Notes: generated by a model from the letters alone, not told the origin. Positions 1 through 13,346 are shown, counted from the first letter of the whole stretch. The stretch is 64,000 nt of DNA, filler included, from Dirinaria sp. TL-2023a (GCA_051941275.1; 14 parts of 14 records of this genome joined end to end with filler, not necessarily neighbours in it); one strand, 5' to 3'. Numbers and translations are program-made.

Positions 1-1905
1 GGAAGAGGGAAGGGTCGTGAGCGCTTTGTGGGCTTGAGGAGGGGTTCTTGAAGATTGGAGTGGGCTGACGGATGAAGGGGTTTGGGGCCGATCTAAAAAT
101 GCTACGGAGCGTCGAGGGCGGGCTGTGGGAGTTATTACAGGGGGTTCACAGAAAGACAATTGCTGGAGGAGATGGTGCATAAGGCATCGAGGACGCGAAG
201 TGGTGCTCGAGCGAATTAGCAGCATCTTGGGGAGGTAAAGCATTCGATCTCATGTCGCTCGTGCTCTAGGAGGATACATGGCCCCGCGAGGGATTTTTGT
301 CGTTGCGATTGTACATACATGTGTAGATTATGTACATTGATTCGATTTGTACGAGTACCTCACTCTTCAAAATACTCCTAACTTCATAAAGAAGGAATAC
401 TATACACATTGATAGCATGCGCTAAACGCGAATATATCGGCATTATGGAGGCTAAGCCCGATCAAGACATTCGCCTTCGAACTTGGATCCGAGCCCGTCA
501 AAAAGAATACACGAAGGAATTTCAAGCACGACTTAGAATATGAGATAAAGGAGTAAAGATCGCTTAAGAGATTCAAGATGCAGCACGAGCGGTTTTGAAT
601 GAGAATAGGAGGCTAGAAGTTACTACCGAGGAGATGCGAAAAGAGTGGGGGGATATGGTGGCCGTTGTGGTAGGAGGGGATTTGGATTATAGGAGGGTTG
701 TCGATGAGCTGGAATCGAAGCTCTGGGTGGTTGGATTATGGAATGATACTGCAGCTGGTGGCAAATTGAAGAATAATGCGAGAAAGGGCAAACTGAAAAT
801 CCCAGCAACGACTCTACATCCGGCTTGTCAAAATTTTCCTCTTTGCGCGCCGTTGATACAACCTTCAGGCTCTACGGGACGGAAGAAGCGATATCCAACA
901 AGTTCTACGAGCCCGCCAGTCATTGCAAATGCCTCGAATGAATTCAGACCTTCACATAGCCAAGGTGACATGAGTATATTAAAACGCTCAGAAAATAGGC
1001 AATTCGAGCTTCCAAATCTTCCAACACTGTCGCGAGAAAATCCTATGCAAAGCGAGCCATACACCGACCAGTGGTCCACGTATATGGGCTTCACCAACGC
1101 TGAGAGAAGAGTTCAATTCAACAGACCATTCTTTCTCTTGCGCTTTCGCAGTTGCAATTCTCACCAGTATCAGGGCTGACATTAGCGCAGAAGACATCAA
1201 AGCCGATTTAGGATGCGCTACCGATTTTGAAAAATGCAACATCGATAATAACCGTCTCTTTGGTACTGTGGATAAGTATACAAGGTGAAAAAAAGAATCT
1301 CGTTTGTGCCCAGTCTACTGCAATTATTCGTAAGCGCCGCTGGCTGAATGTCAGAGTTTTTTGTCACTGCTCTCATTTTGCAATCTTTGCAGCAATTGTT
1401 CACTAGTTCAATTGCTTCTAAAGTTTTAACACTGTGACCGCTCGAGCTATATGTCTATTGTTGGCCTCAATAGGGTGTAGCATACCACAGAAAATTCACT
1501 CCATGCCAGTGTCACGCCTAGTGTACGAATAGTTTCAACACCAATTTGTTTCTATTGTTTCCTTTGTTCACTGCAAGTATATTGTCAGCAAACCTTTTCG
1601 CATTGCAGGACCCGCAATTCCTTTTGTCCCTACTATATCTCCTTTGTTACACCAGCTAAATATAGTATTGTATATACTATTTTCTTTACTATATATCGGC
1701 GCTAAGAGGTCGTCGTCGCTGTGTGAATATTAACAATGGCAGCAATGTCGCCGTTAACGGCACTAGCAGCCATGCACAAACATCATTGTCAGAATGTTCG
1801 CACTCTCACCCTTACAAACCTTTCGCAGAAGCATCTTGCTCTCCAGAACTTCAATTCTCCCATCTTTGGCATCTTGATTCAACCAAATACACGATCTCAA
1901 TCGCT

Positions 1906-3859
1906 ATGGCCGCTCAGAAAGCTACCTCAGTGCAGTCGAGCCTACCAGCATCCTCAGGAACCATCGCACGTTTCGTCCAAACGCTTGTCGACGACGTTGA
2001 GAACGTATTTCCTGAAAACGATGCCCAAGTGGGCCCGAGCGAGTATGATACCAGTCTTCCCGGTTGGGATACGAGCGAACTCCCCCCCGGTCAGAGCATC
2101 CGTCCCGTCCTCCTAGAAACGAAAGTTCCTTCGCCTCTTGCTCTCGGCAAGAGCTTTGTCCACCTCAGCGATGCCGAGCACGGGCCCATATCAGACAGAC
2201 TCAGATTGACCTACAATCGCGCTGCCATTGCATGGAAAGATCCACAAAGAAGAGCACATGTCAGAAGCAAAGCAGCAGCGGGCGCTGGCGTCTACTGCTT
2301 GTTATGCTCATCGTCCGAAAGAGAGACCCGAAGCAAGATTCGACCACTACATGCTGAGTTTGGTAGCATCGTTTCGTCGGATGTGATCAAGCTGTGAGTT
2401 TGCAAACATCCATTTACATTGTCAGCGTACTAATTCTGACAGACCATCAATGAATCAAGCACCGGGCGCAGAGGACGATCCATCGGATACCGAACCAGTC
2501 AAGTCTATCCAAGTGTATTCTTTGACAAACCAAGCGACCGGCAACATAGAATATTTTGTCATGAATCCAGATTATTTCTATGATGTTTCGGTGAATGGCG
2601 TTACACTTGCACCTCTCGAGATTGCAGGTCCCCTCCCTAGCTTCGCGGTGGTAGAGGTCGAAGACGATGTGCTTTTCTGGTGGCGGAACCATAAGACACT
2701 CCTTCCTGAAGCTGAGTTCGAAAACGCTGGGAAGAGAAAGCGCAAAGAAAATGCAAGCGGTGATGTTAGCAGCCAACATATACCAAAGAAGCGCAAACGA
2801 GACGATTGTGTCAATAGAGTACGGTCCTGGCTTCTCTCCAAGAAAGAGGAGCTTAACTCTACCTCTTCTGGGACATCTGGGTCTGCTGCTGACAACGCCG
2901 CCACTGGCGCGCTGGGCTCTGCTAAGATGACTACCTCTCTGACAGCCCCCCAAACCCACACTGATGATGCGGGTCATATCGGAGACGATGCATCGAAAAA
3001 GGCGGGAGTATCTCTCGAGCTGAAGATACGGCTTTGCCATCCGAAGCAGCTCGGGCCACTAGCCCTCCAGGAGGATGAAATAGTCCTTGCTATTGGCAGC
3101 GTTTGGGCAGCGCTGCGCCAACACAAGTTGTTCGGCTACGGTAACGAAAGCGTTTTTGGCCAGCAAACTCCGGCCACCTTTTTCGGAGAGACAGCCTGTG
3201 GCCAAGGAAGCAAAAAGTTCATCATCCCCCTGATGTTGCCAAGCGCAGAACAGATCGAAGCCCAGGAGCAGGACCTTCTTCACCATCCGGAAACCGTTGG
3301 ACATTTTATCCTCATGGTTGCTCTCAAATCCGACACCAATCCCAACCACTACTCCCTGCAAAGGTACGACAGCTTCCCTCACATACCTCGAGCAACCATC
3401 CTCGAAGCCGCAACCAACGTCGTCCAATTCTCAAACTGGCTCGGCCTCGCCCCGCAGCTGCTGGAACACAATCCCTTCCTCACTGTCCCCACTCCGCGCC
3501 AGCAGATCCTAGACTCCTGCGGCATCTACACCATCCTCAATGCCTGGGCCGTGATGCTGGATATCGCGATCCACCCGGGCAACGAGCGCCGCGAGACGAA
3601 GTTCAACGAGCAGCAGTTCATCGACCGGGCGAGGGAGGTGATCGATCTCGCGCTCGCGGGGTGCATAGATATGCGCACCATCCGCTGGTTTTTGCACGAG
3701 TACGGGTATTCGGCGGTGCCGCAGCCTGAGCCTGAAGCTGGTCAAGGACCGGAGAGTGTAGATCGGGGTAAGATGATGACTGTGGCGATGCGCGACAGTG
3801 CTCTGGCGGACGCGATTGAGGATCAGAAGTTGCTTGATGATATCAGTGCTTTGTCATAG
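1906..3859 (+). CDS. Ulp1/C48-like cysteine peptidase domain protein with possible degenerate FHA-like N-terminal domain and basic NLS
   Basis: GT-AG intron 2394-2442 (branch site TACTAAT) joins ORFs 1723-2397 and 2450-3859 in frame. The C-terminal part has GHFILMV...YDS...PRQQILDSCGIY, the His-Asp-Gln-Cys order of C48 proteases. KRKRK and KKRKR motifs are present. Confidence 0.7.
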
Positions 3860-4070
3860 AAAAGGGTTTGTGATTGAAAACCTGGGGAGCACAGATATCT
3901 TAGCACCGATGAGCGCCATATCGACAAAGAAACCAGTCGAGATGTAAGATGAAAAGTCCACTCATTCACCAATTACATATCTTCGACACCAATTACAAAT
4001 CTATCAAAACTACCAAACCACGGATCCCCAACCTACATCGAAGTTTATAAAAAAAAAGACCGCCAAATAA

Positions 4071-4500
4071 TCCTTCAACTCACTCTCGAACTCTTCTTTC
4101 TTTCTAGTCTACATATTCTCATCAAAAACCCCGCTTCTATCAGAAAATCCTTCACTTCGACTTCAAATCACTTATCTCTGATCCTTTTTCTCACATATCA
4201 TCATCTGCATTTAAAAAAATCAAACAGATTCTCAGAATATACTTTTCTCTTTTCTCCCCTTCCCTCTGTCGCTGAGCCATCCAATCCCCCTCTCTCTCAA
4301 AAAAAGAGAATCAGAGATTAAACATAAAATTCTTGAACGTCTCTTCTCCCTCTCTATCGAAAACCTGTTTTATAGGGTTTATTCGTGAAAAAAAGAAAAA
4401 AAAATAAAAAAATAAAAAAAGAGGCAAATGATTCTTCAACTCACTCTCGAACTCTTCTTTCTTTCTAGTTTACATATTCTCATCAAAAATTCTTCACTTC
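4071..4500 (+). repeat. Imperfect direct repeat of about 60-80 bp (copies at ~4071-4158 and ~4432-4500)
   Basis: CTTCAACTCACTCTCGAACTCTTCTTTCTTTCTAG...ACATATTCTCATCAAAAA occurs twice. The second copy differs by C->T changes and an internal deletion of about 20 nt. Confidence 0.9.
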
Positions 4501-4533
4501 GTGTTCACAATCACATCGAGTCTCGTGCATCAT

Positions 4534-4633
4534 NNNNNNNNNNNNNNNNNNNNNNNNNNNNNNNNNNNNNNNNNNNNTTAATTAATTAANNNNNNNNNNN
4601 NNNNNNNNNNNNNNNNNNNNNNNNNNNNNNNNN
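4534..4633. other. Artificial contig-joining spacer (N44-TTAATTAATTAA-N44); first of 13
   Basis: Identical 100-nt spacers with stops in all six frames at 4534, 9157, 13775, 18385, 22983, 27572, 32160, 36743, 41313, 45882, 50439, 54995 and 59539. Intervening contig lengths fall monotonically from 4523 to 4444 nt. Confidence 0.99.
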
Positions 4634-5295
4634 GGCGATGTCACTCGGTCTGTCGAGATCAGGCAGAGCCCGAGCGCAGCTCTATCCGTGATGCCTCCAC
4701 CGTCTGGATTCGCACCACGTTTGGCAAGTGGTAGCCCGCATCCACAGAACCTGGGACTCAGCGCCCATACATCAAACCATGCAACCGGTAGTGCTTTTGA
4801 CTCGCGCTTGCGGCAGCCTGGAAAAGGTAAGGGATAGCACACCTTTTGTGCCCGCAAAGATTGTTTCTAACCGAGTCAGATGCTTCCGATGCACTAATCT
4901 CCAATCTTACTGTGTCCACACACCCGGGCCTGAAGCTCGACCAGCATTTTCATTGGGAAATATCTCCATCTCCTACATCCACTCACCAATCCGCAACCAT
5001 CAACCTACCTTCCACTCATTTCTTCCTCCGTCTCTGCCCAACGCTCGCATCGAATCTCAGTCAACGACCTAGCAAAGTTTTCGTCACTGCAGGCATGCAA
5101 AGACTGAATCCCATGCCCCAAAGGCCAGAGGAGACCGATCCACGAAAACCGCAATACGAGACCCGGATCGTTCCTGGGGTCAACCGCATTGAGATTGAGA
5201 TCGTAGCAGGGCCAACGAGAGGCGCACCCAAAATAGGTTCGGGTCCAGACGTGGAAATGGAAAAAATAATCCTCTTGGCCAACCTTGCCAAGTAA
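4634..5295 (+). CDS. 3' fragment of RSC4/polybromo-like chromatin-remodelling subunit (5' truncated by contig edge)
   Basis: Intron 4827-4879. The C-terminal THPGLKLDQHF...SATINLPSTHFFLRL...PGVNRIEIEIVAG resembles the C-terminal domain of fungal RSC bromodomain proteins (recognised by eye). Confidence 0.65.
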
Positions 5296-5820
5296 GTGGA
5301 AGTTTCTGTCTGTTATTCATGGGGACGTTATTGTGTTGGAGTTGAATCTGTAAGATAGGGGGGAGAGGGTTGTTAGGGCATCATGAGGAGCATCAGCTTT
5401 GAGGAAAAACAGATAAGGTAGTACCGTGAACCGTCTCGGCGATGCTCGTAGTAGGGCAACCCCGAGATAAAAGTTAGCCATACAAGTGTGACTCTGCTAC
5501 CCTAAGCCGAGTATGCCTCAACACTATATTAATTTTTGATTTTCATCATTTCTATACTCTATAATGAAGGACCCTGACTGACTGACTTATTGGCTACTGT
5601 ATCTGAGCGTGCCGCTGGGTAAGTAATATACGGAGACACCTCGGTACCTCGGTACTTCCCGGGCCTTTAATCAGCCTGTTCTATAGGGCTTAGCGTGACA
5701 TTGACGGGTCAGAACCGAAGTTTTTGTAGATTCGCTAGGAAGAAAATAAATTTGTGTGCCTCACAGACATCGACACCCTCGATACCACTGCATCTTTTGC
5801 ATTGCAGCAAACAAGCCAAA

Positions 5821-8006
5821 ATGGCGGATGAAGTATACGAAGGAGCTATCGGGATAGATCTTGGTACGGAATTCCTCAGGACCTATGAATGATCAACCTA
5901 CCACTAACATTCTCTAGGAACCACATATTCTTGCGTTGCCAACTATGAAGGCGCCAATGTCGAGATCAGTTCGTGCCCTTACGGATCTATCTTTCCAGAC
6001 AATAGCAAAGTATACTGAGCTAACATTGACTTTTGCAGTCGCCAATGAGCAAGGGAGCTTTACGACGCCCTCCTTCGTCTCCTTTACCGACGAAGAGAGG
6101 CTGATTGGCGAGTCTGCAAAGAATCAGGCTGCTATGAACCCTGCGAACACCATCTTCGATATCAAGTATGTTTGCCACTACAACCCGGTAAATCTTATAC
6201 CCTTGCTAAGGTCTCTCCAGGCGTCTCATTGGACGTCGATTTGATGACCCTACCGTCAAGAAAGATATCGAGTCATGGCCATTCAAGGTGGTTGATCAGG
6301 GTGGAAATCCAATGGTACAGGTGGAGTACCTAAAAGAGACAAAGACGTTCTCCCCACAGGAAATTTCATCCATGGTACTCATGAAGGTGCGCACGAGGAT
6401 TTTAGCGAAGCTTGCCATTTTCTCCTGACATGAGATAGATGAAAGAGGTTGCAGAAACCAAATTGGCCAAGAAGGTCAAGAAGGCCGTCATCACTGTTCC
6501 TGCCTATTTCAATGACAATCAGCGCCAAGCGACGAAAGATGCTGGAGCCATTGCGGATCTCCAGGTGTTGCGTATCATCAACGAGCCTACCGCTGCCGCA
6601 ATTGCTTACGGTCTCGGCTCCGGAAAATCCGAAAAGGAGAGAAACGTTTTGATCTATGATCTCGGTGGTGGTACATTTGATGTCTCGTTGCTGCACATCC
6701 AGGGCGGCGTCTTCACTGTCAAGGCTACAGCTGGTGATACCCATCTTGGTGGTCAGGACTTCGACACCAACCTTCTGGATCACTTCAAGAAAGAGTTCCA
6801 ACGCAAGACGAAGAAAGATCTCTCAGGCGATTCCCGGGCGCTGCGGAGGTTAAGGACGGCCTGCGAGCGTGCCAAGCGTACGCTATCCAATGCTACTCAG
6901 ACTACGGTAGAGATCGATTCTCTTTTCGAGGGCGAGGATTTCAATGCACAAATCACCCGTGCTCGTTTCGAAGACCTGAACCTTAAGGCTTTTAGTGGTA
7001 CTCTTGACCCGGTGCAGCAGGTACTTAAAGACGCTTCACTTGAGAAAGGGAAAGTTGACGAGATTGTCCTCGTCGGCGGTTCTACCCGCATTCCGAAGAT
7101 TCAAAAACTGCTAAGTGACTTCTTCGATGGGAAGAAGTTGGAGAAGAGCATCAATCCTGACGAAGCCGTTGCCTATGGCGCCGCAGTGCAAGCGGGTATC
7201 CTGTCAGGCAAAGCTGCTTCAGCCGATACTTCCGACCTCCTTCTTCTTGACGTTGTACCCCTATCACTTGGCGTTGCCATGGAAGGCAACATCTTTGCTC
7301 CAGTCGTTTCCCGGGGACAAACGGTCCCAACTTTGAAAAAAAGGCATGCCTTCATTCACTTGCCTTGTTCCCTCCTCCAAGAGATACTAATATGTTCGAC
7401 AGAACTTTCACCACCGTGGCAGACAACCAGCAAACGGTGCAATTTCCAGTATTCCAGGGTGAGCGTGTCAACTGCGAGGATAACACATCGCTTGGAGAGT
7501 TCACCCTCGCACCTATCCCACCTATGAAAGCAGGTGATGCAGTGCTCGAAGTTGTGTTCGAGGTCGACGTCAATGGCATCTTAAAGGTCACTGCTACCGA
7601 AAAGACTTCTGGGCGAAGCGCCAACATCACAATCTCCAATTCTGTAGGCAAGCTGTCCTCAACGGAGATTGAGAGCATGATCAATGGTGAGCAGAGATGA
7701 TTGGCACACCAAGGATATATTGCTTACAAAAGGTCAGATGCCGCAAAGTTCAAAAACAGCGATGATGCTTTCAGCAAGAAGTTCGAGGCTAGGCAACAAC
7801 TCGAATCATACATTTCACGCGTCGAGGAGATCGTCTCCGACCCAACCATGTCACTGAAACTAAAGCGTGGCACTAAAGACAAGATCGAAACCGCACTGAG
7901 CGACGCAATGGCTCAATTGGAGATCGAGGACTCGGCGTCGGACGACCTGAAGAAGAAAGAGCTGGCACTGAAGCGACTTGTCACGAAAGCTATGTCGACA
8001 CGGTAG
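5821..8006 (+). CDS. SSB1: Ribosome-associated Hsp70 chaperone SSB
   Basis: [17 protein letters not shown] and [12 protein letters not shown]sp70 signatures. The C-terminus is [11 protein letters not shown] with no EEVD, typical of Ssb. Introns at about 5864-5917, 5969-6038, 6166-6220, 6387-6438, 7344-7402 (GC-AG) and 7687-7737. Confidence 0.97.
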
Positions 8007-8403
8007 ATGACTCACTCAACCTGACTTTCGCAACGATCTAATGCAGCGACTATTCCCTCACATGCACCTTGTGGATCCTCACAAAATATCCTGCTAGCAC
8101 CTTGTGGAAAAGCGATTTTCTTTGCCATACCTACCGGCGATTGTGACGTGTTTTGCGAGCGACATCTACAATTTGTCTTAGGCTGTCCGGGCTGTGACGA
8201 CAGTCATTAGTTTAGATAGAATAACAAAATAAACGCTCTCAATGACCATATGAGAAAGCCATAAACATGACAAAAATGCGATTGACTGGATCTACAGGTG
8301 TCTACTTGAAATGTTATCAGAATTTCCCCTGAATGCCAAGCCACGGTTACCGGTGGATTTTTCTCCAAAGCTTAAGCGTCCACAACCACAATCCCATCCA
8401 TCC

Positions 8404-9156
8404 ATGCCCTTACATCGATTCCCCCCTCCCTCGGTCCTACACGCAATCAACCAGCTCTCCCGTCGTCCCTCGCTGCTATGCAGACGTTGTCTCGCTGCGC
8501 GTCAGCTATCCACCTCTCCACCCTTGCTCGGGAGGGGCGGCGGGGGCAAGAAAGAGCAAAAACGAACCGTCGGGATCAACGCCGATAAAACCAAAGACGA
8601 GGCCCTCGACGACGCCCTCGATTTCTCCGGCTTCCAGCATGCGATCGGGAAGGCAACCAACCACCTCAAAGCCCAGCTGTCAAAGCTTCGGACCGGCGGA
8701 CTGGATTTGGAAGCCATTGAGTCGCTGAATGTGAATATCAATGGCACTGCCAGCGCCGGCGGAGGCGGAGGAGGGGGATCAAAGAGGGATGGGAGGAAGA
8801 AGCGCGAAGATGGTGTTGTCAGATTGGGCGATATAGCGCAGGTGGTGCCCAAGGGTAGGACTGTGGTTATCATTGTTGGAGAGAAGGATGTACGTTCTTC
8901 AGTCGTTTACTCTGGTTCCCCCATTCTTTCCGGCTCAGCCCTTTTTTTTCCCCTCCCTCTTTTGCGCTCCTCTCACCTCCTCTCACTCTCTATCTCTCTC
9001 TCTATGTGTATGTGTGTATGTATATATGTGGCTACACCAGATCTACCACAAATCCGCTTCCCCAAAAATTCGCCAAATTCCTAACAAACCCACGTTTTCT
9101 TAGCACCTCAAACCAACCACCAGCGCCATCCGCTCCTCGCCCCTGGATCTCCAGCT
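8404..9156 (+). CDS. RRF1: Mitochondrial ribosome recycling factor (3' truncated)
   Basis: Arg/Ser/Leu-rich presequence, then LSKLRTGG...IESLNV...LGDIAQVVPKGRTVVIIVGEKD. Intron ~8890-9103 is followed by HLKPTTSAIRSSPLDLQ. Confidence 0.8.
8981..9030. repeat. Compound (TC)n/(TGTA)n microsatellite in RRF intron
   Basis: tctcactctctatctctctctctatgtgtatgtgtgtatgtatatatgtg. Confidence 0.8.
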
Positions 9157-9256
9157 NNNNNNNNNNNNNNNNNNNNNNNNNNNNNNNNNNNNNNNNNNNN
9201 TTAATTAATTAANNNNNNNNNNNNNNNNNNNNNNNNNNNNNNNNNNNNNNNNNNNN

Positions 9257-10300
9257 AGCACCACCACCACCAGCATTACTCTGCAATGCATTTCCATTCC
9301 CACCACCGCCTTGGATTTCAGCCCCCCTCAACCCCTCCCGCTGCCTCGTCGTCTGGCTCAGCCGCCCGCTTTCGATCTCCTCTTTCCCCGCCCGCGCGAC
9401 TTGCTCGTGCGCGGCAACGGCGTCGGGCGGCGCTTTGAAGCGTCGATCCACGGCGCTGTTGACGGTGCCGCGGAGGGTTTCGCCTGCGCCCTATATCGTT
9501 CCCAAACCCACATGGAAGATGTTAATGCTGATTCTAGATTCTAGGTGCGAAGTATAGGTTGGGGGGGGAGAATGCATATATGGATAGAAGAAGAAAGGGA
9601 AAAGACGAACGTGTAATCCCACGGCCGCGGTCTTGAGCCCTTGTAATGTCCCTCCTCCTCCTGATCCTCTTCCTCTGCCTGATTCTGTGGCGATCGTGTT
9701 TTGCCCCTGTGGCGGCGGGGTTCGGCTCGGGTAGGAGAAATTGGCGCCGCCCGTGGGGCTCCGTGGTGGTGGAGGGTTGGGGCTTCGCTCGCGCATGCTG
9801 CTTTTTTGGGGCACCTGCGGCGGCGGCGGTGCTGCTGGATTGTGGTTATTCGTGAATCCCTCGTCACCCCGGCCGTAGCTTGTCCTGTCTGCTTGTGCTG
9901 CTCCTCCTGTATGCGCACCCGCTCCACCTCCATCATTGGTAGTCGATGACGTAGTGCCAGGGTCGTGGCGCGTTTCGCTCTGCTGGGTGCCCCCGCCGGC
10001 GGTGGTTGTTGTTGTGGTGGTAGTAGTGGTCGTCGTCGTCACGACTTGGCCTTGGTCGTTGCGGTAGGTATGTTCTTGTACGCCTGGGGCGATGTTGCGG
10101 CTCGTCTCGCTGCCCGTGAGGCTCGGGGCGAGGTTAGTGCTGGCAGTGGTGCTCGAGGGTTGCTCGCTGCTGTAGGTGCTGTCGTGGGTGGAATTGCGGG
10201 GGGAATCGTTCGATGGGTCTGTTGTGGAGGGGGAGTTCTTGGAGTGGAGGCCTGGCAGGCGCCATTTGGATTTCTTCTCTTTGCCCGGTGAGGAGGGCAT
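9257..10300 (-). CDS. Conserved fungal hypothetical, low-complexity Thr/Gly/Pro-rich protein (3' truncated)
   Basis: Exon 1 ends LQGLKTAAVGLH. After an intron (~9611-9491) it continues GAGETLRGTVNSAVDRRF...EEIESGRL. Contains a poly-Thr tract. Confidence 0.7.
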
Positions 10301-11704
10301 TGTTTTCTTTGCTTTTCTTTTCTCCTTTTTCTCTTTCTTTCTCTCTCTTCTGAGGTCGGAGATTGTTGGAGAAGTTAATAGTATGAGGTGTAGAAGGAGA
10401 GATCGAGGTAGGCAGGTGGCAGCTCAAAACAGGCTTTCAAGACAATTGGGGGAGTGTTAGTGGAAGTCTGGATTTCAAGGTTGGATCGTCAATTCGCAGG
10501 GTGACGTCACTGGGCTTGGAGTAGGAATAGGAGCAGGTAAAGTAAGTGCCAGTAAGATCTTATATTACTGTCCATATATGTACGTATCTAGAGAAGGATC
10601 TTCAGGTACTTCATGAGAGACATCATAACCACGCCCATTAGGTTGATTCCCAGCTTCAGCTATACAGCTACGGATTTCATACAAAACATTCCCAGATGCC
10701 ATGTTACGCATGTATGGGATATGCCAAAATGTCTACGAATGCACATGCGGCAACAGCGCTGATGCGCACGAACAATAACTGTTCTCTATATTATAACGAT
10801 GAAGAGCGGGAGATTATCTGCAATACGAAGTAGAGCTAAGCACAAAGGATATCTCGCTCGATCTCGGCTTGTCGCCTGAGCTGCCATGATCGAGAAGACT
10901 TTCTCGCCAGCCTCTGGCTCTGCCTTGCTTGATTATTGTCGGCATGATCCCAATCAGGCTGAGTCCACAATCCTTGGTAGCTGGATCCTCTCTCTCTCTC
11001 CTGCTCGATTCATCGATTCACGAATTCACGGATTCACGGCTGTTATGGCGGTATTTCGCGGCCGGCAGTGCAATGCTTTGATCATGAAGGCTCTCAACCC
11101 AGAGCCGGAAAACTTGTCACCAGACCGTTCTTATACTACCGTGCCTTCGAAGTACCAAGTTTCAGCCGCAGCCACAGGTATCAATCCATTACCTCACGTC
11201 TGCTATACTTAGACAAGCCACGCGGTACCTAGTGTTGAGACATATCCACTTCGGGCATTACCTTGCCGCAGATATAGCCGCACGAAATGGGACCTTGCTT
11301 TCACTCTATGCCAGCCGTCCACTCCGAAACGACCCTGATTTTAGAGTCTGGAGAAGCAATCCCCAATGGTTCCCCACACTGGGATCTCCGCTACGAAATC
11401 CTATCACACCCACTCCCTGCCGCCCTTCCCCCTGATGTCTTCGCAGTGGTGACGGAGAAGGCAGAAGATCGATGAACGAGTGACCTATCGTTCACCGTCC
11501 CGAAGAGCTCCCTGTCTGCTGATGCAACTAAAGCTATGGATCTCGGCTGCGCCTCGCGTCCCGCTGGGCCTTCCTCATGCCGGTAGCACATTCAACGATC
11601 TTTCAATAAAATAAAATGCATGTACTCGGGTACCTCTTGAAATTCATCCTGGACCGATAGGGAAGCAGCAGCCCTCTGCTGCTTCTCATTTTTCAACAGA
11701 GACC

Positions 11705-13346
11705 ATGCATCTCGACACTTGGGAATGGCTTGCCATGGTCTTTCTCTGGCCTCACATTGTCGCTGCGTCACCTCTGCCAAGTCTGGTCGAGCGGCAGGTG
11801 GACATGGACTGCGACAATCCAGCCGCAATTTACATGTCTGAGTGCTGGGGCGCGCTGAATCTGGGCGATTATCTGGCCCACTGGAACCAGACTACACCGG
11901 TCTGCGCTGACTCCGCACATTGCTGCATCAATGGCGAGGCGTGGTCGACGTGCTTTCTCCGTTTGGCAAGAAACTCGGCGGGGCAGAATTGCCTTACCGT
12001 CGATAGCCCTGATTGTGTCTGGCAGGATAAATCCATCAGCGTGGATCCGAGCATATTTCCTCAAGTCAGATATGTGTTCAAAAGTATTTATGGTGTTTAT
12101 GGCTTCTTCTCCACCTATGCGACGGGTAAGTCTATCAATGTCAATTGTAGCGATGGACCGATTACCGGTACTAACAAGGCCACCACTAGCTCTACGATAT
12201 GCAGCTCAACAGGCCTCACTCATGATCACGCCTTTGACGGCAGCAATCGATCCAAAAGGTCATTCGAACATGGTATTCAACTTGGTCATGATTTTCCTTT
12301 GTCTAGGGCTGTCGTTCCTTACTGTAAGCGAGCCTTGCCCAAGCTTGTAGCTGCTGAGTGCTCACGGGATTCCCCAGGCGCCCACAGCAGGTCTAGAAAT
12401 CATCAACCTCGAAAGTAAGGCAATTGCGCACTCGGCCCAATCATTCGCGCTCAGCCTTCAACAAGCTCCCAATGTCGCAAGGGCAATACTCCCGAGTGAC
12501 GGGAGCGACTGGTCTCGAACTATACAGATCTCCGCGCTGCAAACCCAACTTCAGAATATGACTAGCCTACTCGAAGGGACCTTCGATCGTTCTCTCGGAC
12601 TCGTGATGAGTGACGTGCCCACGTTCATAGGCTTCGCCCAAAGCGGCGCATTCTGCAACAATCAAACCATGGACATCAACAACAGGACGGACTATCTGGA
12701 CCTGGCTCTGCGCACGTACATAACTGGAGCGTCCATGCAGCAAAATGATTGGTACGCCATCCCGGAGAAGATCCTCACCGAAGCTGAATACAAGAACCTT
12801 ACAAACCCGACCTGCGCCAATCCATCCCAACCCCACGGCTGTGTGACCGTCGACATAGTCGGCGAAACTTACTGGTCTCCAGTCACCGGCCGCACATACC
12901 GCCTCCAGAACAAAAGCCACTACACTGTCGCGGCCCCTAGCCTTCTCGACCAGATCCGTAGCCAAAAATGGGCCGATATGGCGACGCTTTTCGATGGCGC
13001 CTACAACTGCACCGCGTCCGGCAGAGCTGGCGACATCAACAGTACAATGCAAATCGATTACGACGGCACTCTGAACACCGCGTGTCTTTCCCAGCTGCCC
13101 ATCTACATCGGTTGCAGTTCCACGTGTCCGGACACTTACCAGGCCGGTGTCTGTCCATTTGGTACGTACGAAGACTGCCGCCCGCAGAACAACGGTAATC
13201 TGGCGGTCCATGGCGGTGTTGGCTCAGAAACACCAGCGACCCCGTTGCCCGCCGCAGTGTCACACTCAACTTCTACGACGCCGCCTGCCATACAACCTGC
13301 CGCTACATCTAAGCCGCAACCTGCTGGTATGGTACAAATTCATTGA
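11705..13346 (+). CDS. Secreted cysteine-rich protein of unknown function
   Basis: Hydrophobic signal peptide ending AASP-LP...ER and many Cys. GT-AG introns at about 12126-12189 and 12323-12376 link to ORF 12558-13346. Pro/Thr-rich tail. Confidence 0.75.

Noticed and set aside
6379..7684. Antisense ORFs over SSB, and similar shadow ORFs over PDA1, wc-1 and 12567-13211
   Set aside because: These are expected by-products of codon bias on the coding strand and have no independent motifs.
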